A DNA stretch of 64,000 bases from Polyangiaceae bacterium (GTDB lineage: Bacteria > Myxococcota_A > Polyangia > Polyangiales > Polyangiaceae), in contig JBNKBE010000013.1 in the NCBI GenBank assembly GCA_050287085.1, positions 32,001 to 96,000 on the forward strand, read 5' to 3'. This document shows, in pieces, positions 55,206-64,000 of this stretch. The position numbers and the translations under genes are program-made. The notes under the pieces were generated by a model. The model made no database searches. It was not told where the DNA came from and saw nothing but the letters and a program-made list of their open reading frames with translations. The stretch's first letter is position 1, and every line of letters starts with the position of its first letter.

Positions 55206-55634
55206 TCATCCAGTGGTCAACATCCGCTCGAGACAGGTTACCATCGCTGCGTTGTCGTCCGCATGATGGTGGACAATCTTCCACTGACCATCGAGTTTGC
55301 AGACGACGTTTGTGCATGGGATCTGGCCACTCCCCCAGGCCTCCGAAGCGTGAAAGGTGCAGCCACCAAAGGCCATTTCGCCGCGGACTACGACGTGGAG
55401 GTCACGCACAGACGAGCCGGCGCGATCGGCCCGCCCAAAGGGTTCAACGACCCGCCAGGTCGTCCACACCTGTTCCCAACCGATGGCCCAGCCGCTGATC
55501 GGGTGCTTCGTCGTGACCCAATCGGTGTGGTGCCAGGCGTCAGCCATCGCCCCAAGCCCCGCCCCACTCACCACGCTTTCGATCGCCTGGTACATGTTCT
55601 CTATCGCCTTGCGCGCCAGTTGCTCCTCATCCAT
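55206..55634 (-). CDS. SnoaL/NTF2-like protein
   Basis: MYQAIE..GWEQV..TNV..WKIVHHH. Confidence 0.8.
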   Translation of the reverse strand: MDEEQLARKAIENMYQAIESVVSGAGLGAMADAWHHTDWVTTKHPISGWAIGWEQVWTTWRVVEPFGRADRAGSSVRDLHVVVRGEMAFGGCTFHASEAWGSGQIPCTNVVCKLDGQWKIVHHHADDNAAMVTCLERMLTTG

Positions 55635-55645
55635 CTGTTCGCTCC

Positions 55646-56047
55646 CTATCCTCCGGTTCCTTGCATGAACTTCACGACTTGACCCATCCGACTCTCGTTT
55701 GCGAGTCGCAGCAGCTGCAACTTGGTCAACGGACTCGAGGTCGCAATCTCAACGTATGGGATCCCTGCCGCTCTCAGCGCCTGAAACAGATCGGAGAAGG
55801 CGACCTGCCCCTCATCGCGCATGGGTTTGAGTCCAGAAAGATCGAGGCATAACTTGCCCTTGTCGCGTGTCGCCTGAACCACTTTGGGAACCTCGCGCCC
55901 GAAGGCCAGGGCCACGTCGACGGACCAGAACCCGCGTCCCACAACACGCACGTTGTGGCCACTGATCAGGACTTCGTAGTCTCCGAGTACATTATCACCC
56001 GTCATCGGACTGCCATTCCCCAGGCGTTGTTCAAACGGGACCATCAC
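55646..56047 (-). CDS. Small STAS-like hypothetical protein
   Basis: GRGFWS..CLDLSGLKP..LTKLQLLRL; start uncertain (56005 also possible). Confidence 0.55.
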   Translation of the reverse strand: MMVPFEQRLGNGSPMTGDNVLGDYEVLISGHNVRVVGRGFWSVDVALAFGREVPKVVQATRDKGKLCLDLSGLKPMRDEGQVAFSDLFQALRAAGIPYVEIATSSPLTKLQLLRLANESRMGQVVKFMQGTGG

Positions 56048-56423
56048 TCCAAGACTCGACGCACCACAGATTTGATGCCCTCAACAAAGGGCCCACGAAG
56101 AGAATACGGCCTCGGCCTGGAACCCTGCAGGGTCAAACGAAACATGCGCGCCTTATGGCGAGACCTGCCCGCCGCGGCACCCATGCGGGAATGACTTCGT
56201 CATAGATCGGGCTGGATCTGCAGGCCATGTCGCATTGGCGCGGAGCCCCGAGCGCAACAGCGGGGTGTCTGATCGGAACAGCCCCGAGGGACGGACCCGC
56301 TGCCTAGCCGGGCCCCGGCTATCAGAGGAGCGTCAAGCATGCTCGCATTCCGTTCGCAGCGGCGCGGACTCTACCTCTTCGGGTCGGCGATCATCCCCTT
56401 GCGGAAGTCCGCTCCCGAGTTCA

Positions 56424-56445
56424 TTATTGGACGAATGGTAAATAA
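56424..56445. promoter_or_regulatory. AT-rich inverted repeat, candidate TetR operator
   Basis: TTATT-N12-AATAA at the head of the efflux operon that encodes a TetR. Confidence 0.4.
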
Positions 56446-57442
56446 CTGGTTCGCCACACGTGCGGGAAAGGTGCTGGGCGCGCTTTGTGGCAGCCTTGCC
56501 CTGGTGGCAGGCTGCCGGTCCAGCCCCAGCGTTCCCCCCGGCTATCAAGGCGTGGTCGAGTTCGAATCGCGGCGCCTCGGGTTTGAATTCGCCGGCAGAC
56601 TCGAATCCCTTTCGGTCCATGAGGGAGAATGGGTGTCGGTCGGCGCGCCGCTGGCCCGCCTGGACAATTCGCTCCTGAAAGCCGAGAAGCCGGTGCGCGA
56701 GTCCGAAGCTGCCGCCGCCGACCAAGCCGTGTTGGTGGTCAAAACGCGCACTCGCCCGGAAGCAGTTCGTGCAGCAGATGCTCGCCTGCGCGCAGCTCGC
56801 GTGGCTGAAGACGAGCTCCGGCGCGATCTCCAACGAGAGCGAGAATTGCTCCTCGGCGGAGCCACTCCGGAAGCCCAAGTCGATTCGCTCGAAAGTCAGC
56901 TAAGCCGCGCCGAGGCTGAGCGACAAGCGCTGGCACATCAACTCAAACTTCTTCGGCAAGGCGCAACGACCGCCGAGATCGCGCAAGGCGAGGCACGTGC
57001 GGCAGCCGTACATGCCGCCCTGGACGCCCTCGAGACACGCCTTCACCACCACCAACTGAGCGCACCGATCGCAGGACAGGTACTCGACGTATACGCCGAG
57101 CCGGGTGAAGTCGTCGCGGCCGGGGCGCCTGTGCTCACGCTCGCAGACATCGCCCATCCCTACGCCGACGTATTTGTTCCCGCTCAGCAAATTACGGCAG
57201 TTGTCGTTGGCGCTGAGGTCCGCGTCCGAGTCGACGGTCTGCCGGCCCCCCTGAGTGGAACGGTTGAGAACATATCCCAAACGACGGAGTTCACTCCGCG
57301 CTATCTCTTCAGCGAAGATGAACGACCCAACCTAGTGGTGCGCACGCGGATCCGCATCGATGACCCCGAACACAAGCTGCGAGCGGGCCTACCTGCCTTC
57401 GTCGAACTGGCCCTAGCTCCGTCGGGCGCGGTCAAGCCATGA
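56435..57442 (+). CDS. HlyD/YbhG-like membrane fusion lipoprotein
   Basis: Lipobox LVAGC, EGEWV, SAPIAG, EFTPR; start uncertain. Confidence 0.85.
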   Translation: MVNNWFATRAGKVLGALCGSLALVAGCRSSPSVPPGYQGVVEFESRRLGFEFAGRLESLSVHEGEWVSVGAPLARLDNSLLKAEKPVRESEAAAADQAVLVVKTRTRPEAVRAADARLRAARVAEDELRRDLQRERELLLGGATPEAQVDSLESQLSRAEAERQALAHQLKLLRQGATTAEIAQGEARAAAVHAALDALETRLHHHQLSAPIAGQVLDVYAEPGEVVAAGAPVLTLADIAHPYADVFVPAQQITAVVVGAEVRVRVDGLPAPLSGTVENISQTTEFTPRYLFSEDERPNLVVRTRIRIDDPEHKLRAGLPAFVELALAPSGAVKP

Positions 57443-58374
57443 GCGTGATCATTAGCGCCCAACATCTGCGACGTGAGTTCGGGTCGCTCGTAGCTGTCAA
57501 AGACGTGAGTCTCGAAGTGCATCGAGGAGAGATCTTCGGCGTGCTGGGCCCGAACGGGGCTGGCAAGTCCACGACGATCCGGATGTTGTGCGGCATCCTC
57601 ACACCCTCGGCAGGCCATGGCTCGGTAGTGGGCTTCGATATCGTCAAGCAGTCGGAAAGCATCAAGCAGAACATTGGCTATATGACGCAACGTTTCAGTC
57701 TCTACGAAGACCTGACAGTTGCTGAAAATCTGGAGTTCTACGCGGGAATCTACGGGCTGGGCGGGCGCAAGCGAAAGCAACGCATCGCCGAAGTCCTGGC
57801 ACAAGCGGGGCTTGAAGCACGCCGCTCGCAGCTGGCTGGCACGCTTTCAGGTGGCTGGAAGCAGCGGGTCGCCCTTGCCAGCGCCACTATCCACCAGCCG
57901 CAGCTCCTATTCTTGGACGAACCAACCGCGGGCGTCGATCCGGTCAGTCGTCGCGAGTTCTGGGAACACATTCACGAACTCGCCGACGAGGGGACCACAG
58001 TGCTCGTCACCACGCACTATATGGACGAGGCTGAGCGCTGCCATCGCCTGGCATTCATTTTCCATGGCGAGCTCCTCGACAGCGGAACTCCCGACGAAGT
58101 CGTTTCGCGACGAGCACTGAGCGCTGCCGAGCTGCGCGTCCGCGACTCCCAACGTGCGGCTGAGCTCCTCTCAGCTGACGCGCGTGTGGAAGAAGTGGCG
58201 CACTTTGGACACGTCCTTCGTGTATGCACCAAACAAGGCTCCGATGCAGAAGCCGTGAGCCGCAACGTGCTCGCATCGGAAAACGTGGCCATCGAGACGC
58301 TGTCACGTGTGCGTGCGACCGTCGAGGACGCGTTCGTTGCAATGGTCCGAGCCGATGCCAAACGCGTTGCTTAG
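57439..58374 (+). CDS. ABC transporter ATP-binding subunit
   Basis: GPNGAGKST, LSGGWKQR, FLDEPTAGVDP, THYMDEAE. Confidence 0.96.
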   Translation: MSVIISAQHLRREFGSLVAVKDVSLEVHRGEIFGVLGPNGAGKSTTIRMLCGILTPSAGHGSVVGFDIVKQSESIKQNIGYMTQRFSLYEDLTVAENLEFYAGIYGLGGRKRKQRIAEVLAQAGLEARRSQLAGTLSGGWKQRVALASATIHQPQLLFLDEPTAGVDPVSRREFWEHIHELADEGTTVLVTTHYMDEAERCHRLAFIFHGELLDSGTPDEVVSRRALSAAELRVRDSQRAAELLSADARVEEVAHFGHVLRVCTKQGSDAEAVSRNVLASENVAIETLSRVRATVEDAFVAMVRADAKRVA

Positions 58375-58469
58375 GGGCCGCACGGCGACGACCCAGCACG
58401 CCACAGCGAGAGGAGCGGCCGGCTTAGTATGACTTTCCATCCGTGGACCCTTAGATTGGAGAGCCGAGC

Positions 58470-59588
58470 ATGTTGACTCGAGCCCTTGCGTTGGCGCTCA
58501 AAGAGCTTCGCCAACTACGTCGCGATCGCCTGACGCTCGCGATGACAATCGTGCTGCCACTCATGCAACTGTTGCTATTTGGCTACGCCATCAACACCGA
58601 TGTGCGGCACATCCAGACTCTGATATTTGACCAGGACGGCAGCGCGCTTGGACGAGACTTCTACCGCCGCATGGAAGCGACCGGTACCTATGATATCGTA
58701 GGGGTGGCGACGCGCTACGAGGACATCGAGCGCAGCTTTCGCGAAGGGACGGCCCGTGTTGCCCTGGTCATTCCACGCGGCTTCTCGAAGGCCGTCGGCA
58801 AGGGGGGTCGGGGTCAGCTGCAACTCGTGGTGGACGGCTCTGACCCATTGGTCGTGGGCGCAGCGACCAACGCTTCGTCGGGCTTGTCCATCAGTCGAAG
58901 TGCAGAGCTGCGCCGTGAGCTATTAGTGCCGGTGCCGAGCAGCCCGAGCATTAGCGTTGAGCCAGCGATCTGGTTCAATCCTGACCTGCGCACCGCTGTA
59001 TATGTGGTCCCAGGTCTGATAGGCGTCATCTTGACAATGACAATGGTCATGCTGACGTCCATGGCCATTGCCCGAGAACGGGAGCGCGGCACCTTGGAGC
59101 AGCTGATCGTTTCTCCAGTTCGCCGCGTGGAGCTCGTGCTCGGCAAGATTCTGCCCTACGTACTCATCGGCTATGCGCAGATGACCATCGTGTTGGCTGC
59201 TGGGCGTCTCATCTTCGGTGTCCCCCTGCGCGGCAGTGCACCCCTCCTATATGCCCTGGCGTTCGTCTTTATCGCAGCCAACCTGGCCCTGGGCCTGGTG
59301 TTTTCGACCATCGCCAAGTCTCAACAGCAAGCGATGCAGATGTCGTTCTTCTTCTTGCTGCCCAATATCCTGCTGAGCGGATTCATGTTTCCGTTCGAGG
59401 CAATGCCGCGCCCCGCCCAGTGGCTAGCACAAGCGCTGCCCCTGACCCATTTCATGCGCATCGTGCGCGGCATCGCACTCAAAGGCAGCGCCTTTGGAGA
59501 TGTTTCCGTGGAATTGTATTGGCTGCTCGGGCTCCTCGGCGCGCTCCTGCTGCTATCCTCCCTGCGTGTCAGCAAGAGGCTTGCCTAG
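58470..59588 (+). CDS. ABC-2 permease (YbhR/S-like)
   Basis: KELRQLRRD, LLFGYAI, RERERGTLEQL, LSGFMFP. Confidence 0.94.
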   Translation: MLTRALALALKELRQLRRDRLTLAMTIVLPLMQLLLFGYAINTDVRHIQTLIFDQDGSALGRDFYRRMEATGTYDIVGVATRYEDIERSFREGTARVALVIPRGFSKAVGKGGRGQLQLVVDGSDPLVVGAATNASSGLSISRSAELRRELLVPVPSSPSISVEPAIWFNPDLRTAVYVVPGLIGVILTMTMVMLTSMAIARERERGTLEQLIVSPVRRVELVLGKILPYVLIGYAQMTIVLAAGRLIFGVPLRGSAPLLYALAFVFIAANLALGLVFSTIAKSQQQAMQMSFFFLLPNILLSGFMFPFEAMPRPAQWLAQALPLTHFMRIVRGIALKGSAFGDVSVELYWLLGLLGALLLLSSLRVSKRLA

Positions 59589-60220
59589 TGGCACGGCCGC
59601 GCAGCGACATTCAACCCCGCATTCTCCAAGCGGCGCGCCATAGGTTTGGGGAAGTGGGTGTCGACGCCGCCTCCTTGCGCAGCGTCGCAAAAGCAGCCGG
59701 TACGAGCGTCGGCATGGTCTACTACTACTATCCCACGAAGGACGACCTGTTCCTCGCTGTAGTGGAAGACGTCTATTCAAGGCTCCTCGGAGATCTGACG
59801 AGGGCTATCGAAGCGCGTGCGCCATTCAAGCAGCGCGTGAACGCTCTCTACCGGCGGCTGGGGTCGCTCGTGGGAGACGAACCACTGGTGGTGAGGCTGG
59901 TCATGGTGGAAGCCGTCGTTCAATCTGATCGATTCAAGAAGCTCGTCGAGAGCTTCGAACGCGGCCACGTCGCTCTAGTCCAGCGCCTCGTGGGCGAAGG
60001 AATCGCACTGGGGCTACTGCGGAGAGATCTGCACCTCGTCACTCTCATGAGCAGCGTCGTGGCGCTTGGCACGCTGCCCCAACTCTTTGTGCAGATGGGG
60101 CTGCGATACTTGCCCACGCTTCCGAAACCCGCTCAAGAAGACTTCGTCGCGGAGCTCACGGACGTGCTATTAAGCGGGATTGGCAATCCCACAAACGGAA
60201 GCAACGGCCCGTGCACCTAG
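59588..60220 (+). CDS. TetR-family regulator
   Basis: RILQAARHRF..SLRSVAKAAG..YYYYPTKDDLF; TAGTG coupling. Confidence 0.92.
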   Translation: MARPRSDIQPRILQAARHRFGEVGVDAASLRSVAKAAGTSVGMVYYYYPTKDDLFLAVVEDVYSRLLGDLTRAIEARAPFKQRVNALYRRLGSLVGDEPLVVRLVMVEAVVQSDRFKKLVESFERGHVALVQRLVGEGIALGLLRRDLHLVTLMSSVVALGTLPQLFVQMGLRYLPTLPKPAQEDFVAELTDVLLSGIGNPTNGSNGPCT

Positions 60221-61662
60221 GATTTGACAACACCTTCGCCCGAGACATGGCTGGCTACTACATGGCGGTCGCGCCCGCCGGGTTCGAGGAGCCGAAGCTG
60301 CTACTATTCAACGCTCCGCTCGCCCAGGAGCTCCAATTGCCTGACCTGCCGCCGACCACCTGGGCTCGAATCACGACCGGTAGTCAAATACCCGAGGATG
60401 CGACGCCCCTCGCCCAGGTATACGCCGGGCATCAATTCGGCGGCTACAGCCCGCAGCTCGGAGACGGCAGGGCGCTGCTTCTGGGTGAATTACTAACGGT
60501 GCATGGAAGCCGCGTGGACTTTCAACTGAAAGGTGCTGGCCCCACCCCGTTTTCGCGGGGCGGAGACGGCTTCGCCGCGCTCGGTCCAGTTCTGCGCGAG
60601 TACCTGGTGTCCGAGGCAATGCATCATCTCGGGGTGGCAACCACGCGGATGCTCGCGGTCGCTCTGACCGGACAATACGTCTACCGCGATGTTCCACCGC
60701 CCGGCGGCCGCTTCAGGGGTGGTACGCTCGCTCGTATCGCCGCCAGTCATCTACGAATAGGCACCGTCGAATTTTTTGCGGCCCGCGGGGATCGAGAAAG
60801 AGTCGAGCAGCTCGTGAGCTATGTGCTGCAGCGCCACTACCCTGAACTCACCACCAGCCCCAACCCGGCGGGCGCCCTCCTTGACAAGGTAGCCGAGCGC
60901 CAGGCCTCCCTCATCGCACAATGGATGTCTGTGGGCTTTGTTCACGGGGTCATGAACACGGACAATGTTTCGCTTTGCGGAGAAACCCTGGACTACGGCC
61001 CCTGCGCCTTCTTGGACACGTATGATCCGCACGCAGTATTCAGCTCTATCGACCGCGGTGGGCGCTACGCCTTCGGCCAGCAGCCGAGAATCGGAGCGTG
61101 GAATCTTGCTCGTTTGGGAGAAGCATTATTGCCGCTACTTGCCGCAGATGAGCGCGTTGCGCTTGCGCAGATACAGGACACTCTCAAGAGCTACGAACAA
61201 CGCGTCAACGAGGCAATGGTTGTCCAATTTCGCTCCAAGCTAGGACTTCGAGATGCTCGCGAAGGCGACGAGGAATTGATCTCGGATCTGCTGACCTGGA
61301 TGGCACAAGCCAGCGCCGACTTCACCCTGACCTTTCGGAGCTTGGCGACATCACTCCGAAATGGAACGCAGCCGTTCCAAGATGCCGCGTTCTCGGAATG
61401 GTTCGGGCGCTATCTTGAACGGCTAGGCGCTGAGCCCCGCGCCGCCGTGGCGGCCCGCATGGATGCCATCAATCCACTCTACATTCCACGCAATCACCTG
61501 GTCGAAGCGGCGCTGACCGAAGCCTATGAGGACAACCTCGCTCCCTTGAAAGAACTGCTCACCGTGCTGGCCTCGCCCTACGAGGCGCAGGACAAATACA
61601 AGCGCTTCGCGGAGCCCCCCGCGGCAGACGCTGCACCGCACAGGACCTATTGTGGCACCTAG
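60211..61662 (+). CDS. selO: Protein AMPylase SelO/YdiU
   Basis: YAGHQFG..LGDGRA, QLKGAG, GFVHGVMNTDN, DYGPC, NPLYIPRNH, C-terminal TYCGT. Confidence 0.95.
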   Translation: MHLGFDNTFARDMAGYYMAVAPAGFEEPKLLLFNAPLAQELQLPDLPPTTWARITTGSQIPEDATPLAQVYAGHQFGGYSPQLGDGRALLLGELLTVHGSRVDFQLKGAGPTPFSRGGDGFAALGPVLREYLVSEAMHHLGVATTRMLAVALTGQYVYRDVPPPGGRFRGGTLARIAASHLRIGTVEFFAARGDRERVEQLVSYVLQRHYPELTTSPNPAGALLDKVAERQASLIAQWMSVGFVHGVMNTDNVSLCGETLDYGPCAFLDTYDPHAVFSSIDRGGRYAFGQQPRIGAWNLARLGEALLPLLAADERVALAQIQDTLKSYEQRVNEAMVVQFRSKLGLRDAREGDEELISDLLTWMAQASADFTLTFRSLATSLRNGTQPFQDAAFSEWFGRYLERLGAEPRAAVAARMDAINPLYIPRNHLVEAALTEAYEDNLAPLKELLTVLASPYEAQDKYKRFAEPPAADAAPHRTYCGT

Positions 61663-61811
61663 GGGCCCGCGGACAGGAAAGTCATATTACGCCGGCCGCT
61701 CCTCTTGCTGCAGCGGGCGGGTTCGTCGCGGCCCGCCCTAAGCAGGTACTTTCCGCGCCGGCAACACTCTTGCCGGATGAGACTCCCCCACGCCTTCAAA
61801 CGGAGAATTCA

Positions 61812-62255
61812 ATGATCGACTGGAATGAAATCACGCGCCGCGCCGAAGGGCTTAACCCGGCTCCTTCTCGCCGCGTAGAGCTGTCGCGAGCGGAATGGCA
61901 AAGCAGCCTCAGCGAAGAGGTCTTCCGGGTCACTCGTGAGGCTGGAACCGAACGCCCCTTCAGCTCAGACATGTGTGCTGTTTTCGAACCTGGACGCTAC
62001 AGCTGCGCATGCTGCAAAGAGCCACTCTTCGATGCCACCCAGAAGTTCGATTCGGGCACGGGGTGGCCGTCGTTCACGCAACCGGCTACGGACACGGCGG
62101 TGGCCTACCACCTCGACAACTCCCTAGGGCGCAGCCGGGTCGAAACAACCTGCGCCGTATGCGACGCCCACCTCGGGCACGTATTTCCGGACGGTCCGCC
62201 ACCGACGGGCCTGCGCTATTGCATCAACGCCCTGGCCTTGCTCCGACAAGGGTAG
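61812..62255 (+). CDS. msrB: Methionine-R-sulfoxide reductase
   Basis: GTERPF, CACC, KFDSGTGWPSF, CAVCDAHLGHVF, RYCIN; RBS GGAGA. Confidence 0.95.
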   Translation: MIDWNEITRRAEGLNPAPSRRVELSRAEWQSSLSEEVFRVTREAGTERPFSSDMCAVFEPGRYSCACCKEPLFDATQKFDSGTGWPSFTQPATDTAVAYHLDNSLGRSRVETTCAVCDAHLGHVFPDGPPPTGLRYCINALALLRQG

Positions 62256-62399
62256 CACTCTCGGCGGCTTCCGTCGGCCGGTTGACACCGAATTGCCCCC
62301 CCCCCGCCACAACGCGCAGAGGGACGTGCCAACGGCATTTGAGAGCCGACAACGCCCGAGAAACTCGCCCCACACGGCACGAGGCATCACAATAGGGGT

Positions 62400-64000
62400 A
62401 TGCTGCATCGCGACTCCCTCATAGCCCAGGCCCGCTCGCAGCTCGCTGCGGTCCAAGGCAAGGCGCTCACGCTCGAGGAACTTGCGGACCACGCGTCCTC
62501 CCTCGCCGTCACAGTCCACGCGCTCTGCGAGCAGGAAACGCGACCTCGCGACCGCGAACAGGCGGAAGTTCTGGCCCGCATGATGAACGACGCGCGCGGC
62601 CAAGTATTTACGACCCTCCTGACGGACCGCGCCTACCGCTCTCAGTCCCGAAAGCGCACCGTAGAACAAGCCCGGTATCTGCTATCCCGCGTGGGGGTTC
62701 CAGACTACGTCGGCGCGCTCGACAGGGTCGGACTCAGTGCCCTGCGCAGTGTCGGCGATTGGCTACCAACGCTGACAGGTACGGCTATGCTGAATCGCAT
62801 TCGGCACGAGAGCAGCGCCTTCATCCTACCCGATGGGCCGCAGCTAGACGACTTCCTGCGCAAGTGCCGTGAACGTGGTATCGACGTCAACGTCAATCAC
62901 CTTGGCGAAGAAGTCTTGGGCGAGGAGGAAGCGGAAAGCCGTGTGCAGGGCTACGTGGCGCTCGCCACTCGTCCCAACATAGAAACGCTGAGCATCAAGA
63001 TATCGTCGATCGCAAGTCAACTCAGCCCCCTCGCTTTCGATGCAACGCTGAGCGTTCTGAAGAGCCGACTGCATCGCATCTTCGCTGCGGCGGTCGCACA
63101 CCCGACGGCGGACGGGCGCGGAAAGAGGATCGTGCTCGACATGGAGGCCTACCGTGATCTCGAGCTGACGACCGAGGCGTTTCAACAGACCCTCGATCAT
63201 CCGAAACTCAGAACTGCGCGAGTCGGGATAGCGCTACAAACCTATTTGCCCGCAGCTCTGAACTACGCCCAGAAGCTACGTCAGTGGTCTGAAAAGCGCG
63301 TGGCGTCAGGCAGTCCCCCGATTCGGATTCGTCTTGTCAAAGGCGCCAATCTCGCGGTCGAGCGGGTGGAAGCCGCGCTGCACGGGTGGCGGGTCCCCAT
63401 CTACCCCTCAAAGGCCCAGGTAGACGCCAACTTCAAACGCGTGTTGGTCGAGCTATGCCGGCCGGAGACGGGGGACTCCGTCCACGTCGGCCTAGCCAGT
63501 CACAATCTCTTCGACGTCTGCTTCGGGCTTGTACTGCGCGCAAGTCGCAACGTCGAATCCCGCTTGTCGTTCGAACTCCTGCACGGCATGGCGGAGCCTC
63601 TACGCCGAACCCTGCAGTTGCTCGGCGCTCCGGTGCTCGTATACGCGCCGATCGTCGGAGAGCACGAGTTTCCCAGCGCAATCGCCTATCTGGTCCGGCG
63701 TTTGGACGAAAACACCGCCAGCGACAACTACCTGCGGCACAGCTTTGGAATGCGCGCCGGGAGCCAGGAGTGGGCAACGCAAGACGAGCGTTTCCGCGCA
63801 GCGTGCATCGCGGCAGGAAAGGACGACGTCTCTCCTCGCCCTCGCGGAGCCAACCGCCTGAACACGAACGCGCCTTCGAGCCCCAACCAGGACTTCCAGA
63901 ACGAGCCCGACACCGACTTTGCCCAGAAGGAAAACCGTGTCTGGATCGAACAACACCTCGCGCGAGTCCGTACCATCTCAGAGAGTCAAACGCTGACCGT
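62400..64000 (+). CDS. putA: Proline dehydrogenase, probably bifunctional PutA (runs off window)
   Basis: Manual translation (absent from ORF track): NVNHLGEEVLG, SIKISSI, LDMEAYRDL, IRLVKGANL, ASHNLFD, YLVRRLDENT, FQNEPDTDF. Confidence 0.92.
   Translation, partial: MLHRDSLIAQARSQLAAVQGKALTLEELADHASSLAVTVHALCEQETRPRDREQAEVLARMMNDARGQVFTTLLTDRAYRSQSRKRTVEQARYLLSRVGVPDYVGALDRVGLSALRSVGDWLPTLTGTAMLNRIRHESSAFILPDGPQLDDFLRKCRERGIDVNVNHLGEEVLGEEEAESRVQGYVALATRPNIETLSIKISSIASQLSPLAFDATLSVLKSRLHRIFAAAVAHPTADGRGKRIVLDMEAYRDLELTTEAFQQTLDHPKLRTARVGIALQTYLPAALNYAQKLRQWSEKRVASGSPPIRIRLVKGANLAVERVEAALHGWRVPIYPSKAQVDANFKRVLVELCRPETGDSVHVGLASHNLFDVCFGLVLRASRNVESRLSFELLHGMAEPLRRTLQLLGAPVLVYAPIVGEHEFPSAIAYLVRRLDENTASDNYLRHSFGMRAGSQEWATQDERFRAACIAAGKDDVSPRPRGANRLNTNAPSSPNQDFQNEPDTDFAQKENRVWIEQHLARVRTISESQTLT

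Noticed and set aside
1..64000. Many alternative-frame ORFs; mobile elements; tRNA/rRNA
   Set aside because: The Arg/Pro/Ala-rich overlapping ORFs are expected shadows in high-GC DNA. No transposase, integrase, att repeat, tRNA or rRNA was recognised by eye.

Overview
GC-rich bacterial chromosomal segment. Gene content (sigma54 enhancer-binding systems, many ECF sigmas, FHA and GYF_2 proteins, Gly/Ala-linker lipoproteins) suggests a myxobacterium; this is inference. From left to right: a partial groEL coupled to an SPFH gene with no groES upstream; two intact YciI/ECF-sigma modules, a tandem-YciI gene and a collapsed third module, served by four copies of one promoter motif; an arsenic cluster (arsR-acr3-arsC-arsM-sigZ); alkC; a sigma54 two-component system upstream of a cupredoxin-cusBA copper efflux operon; a Cys-rich RPP-tailed leader ORF before czcBA-tlpA; ada; envelope genes including a pair of paralogous micro-lipoproteins and a TerB-phosphoglycosyl-transferase fusion; a ktrB-ktrA operon with a candidate Na+ riboswitch and a kinase-less sensor; dps; an ABC efflux operon running into selO and msrB; and a partial putA. 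No rRNA, tRNA, CRISPR array or transposase/integrase was recognised. All family assignments are from motif recognition by eye; no searches were run.
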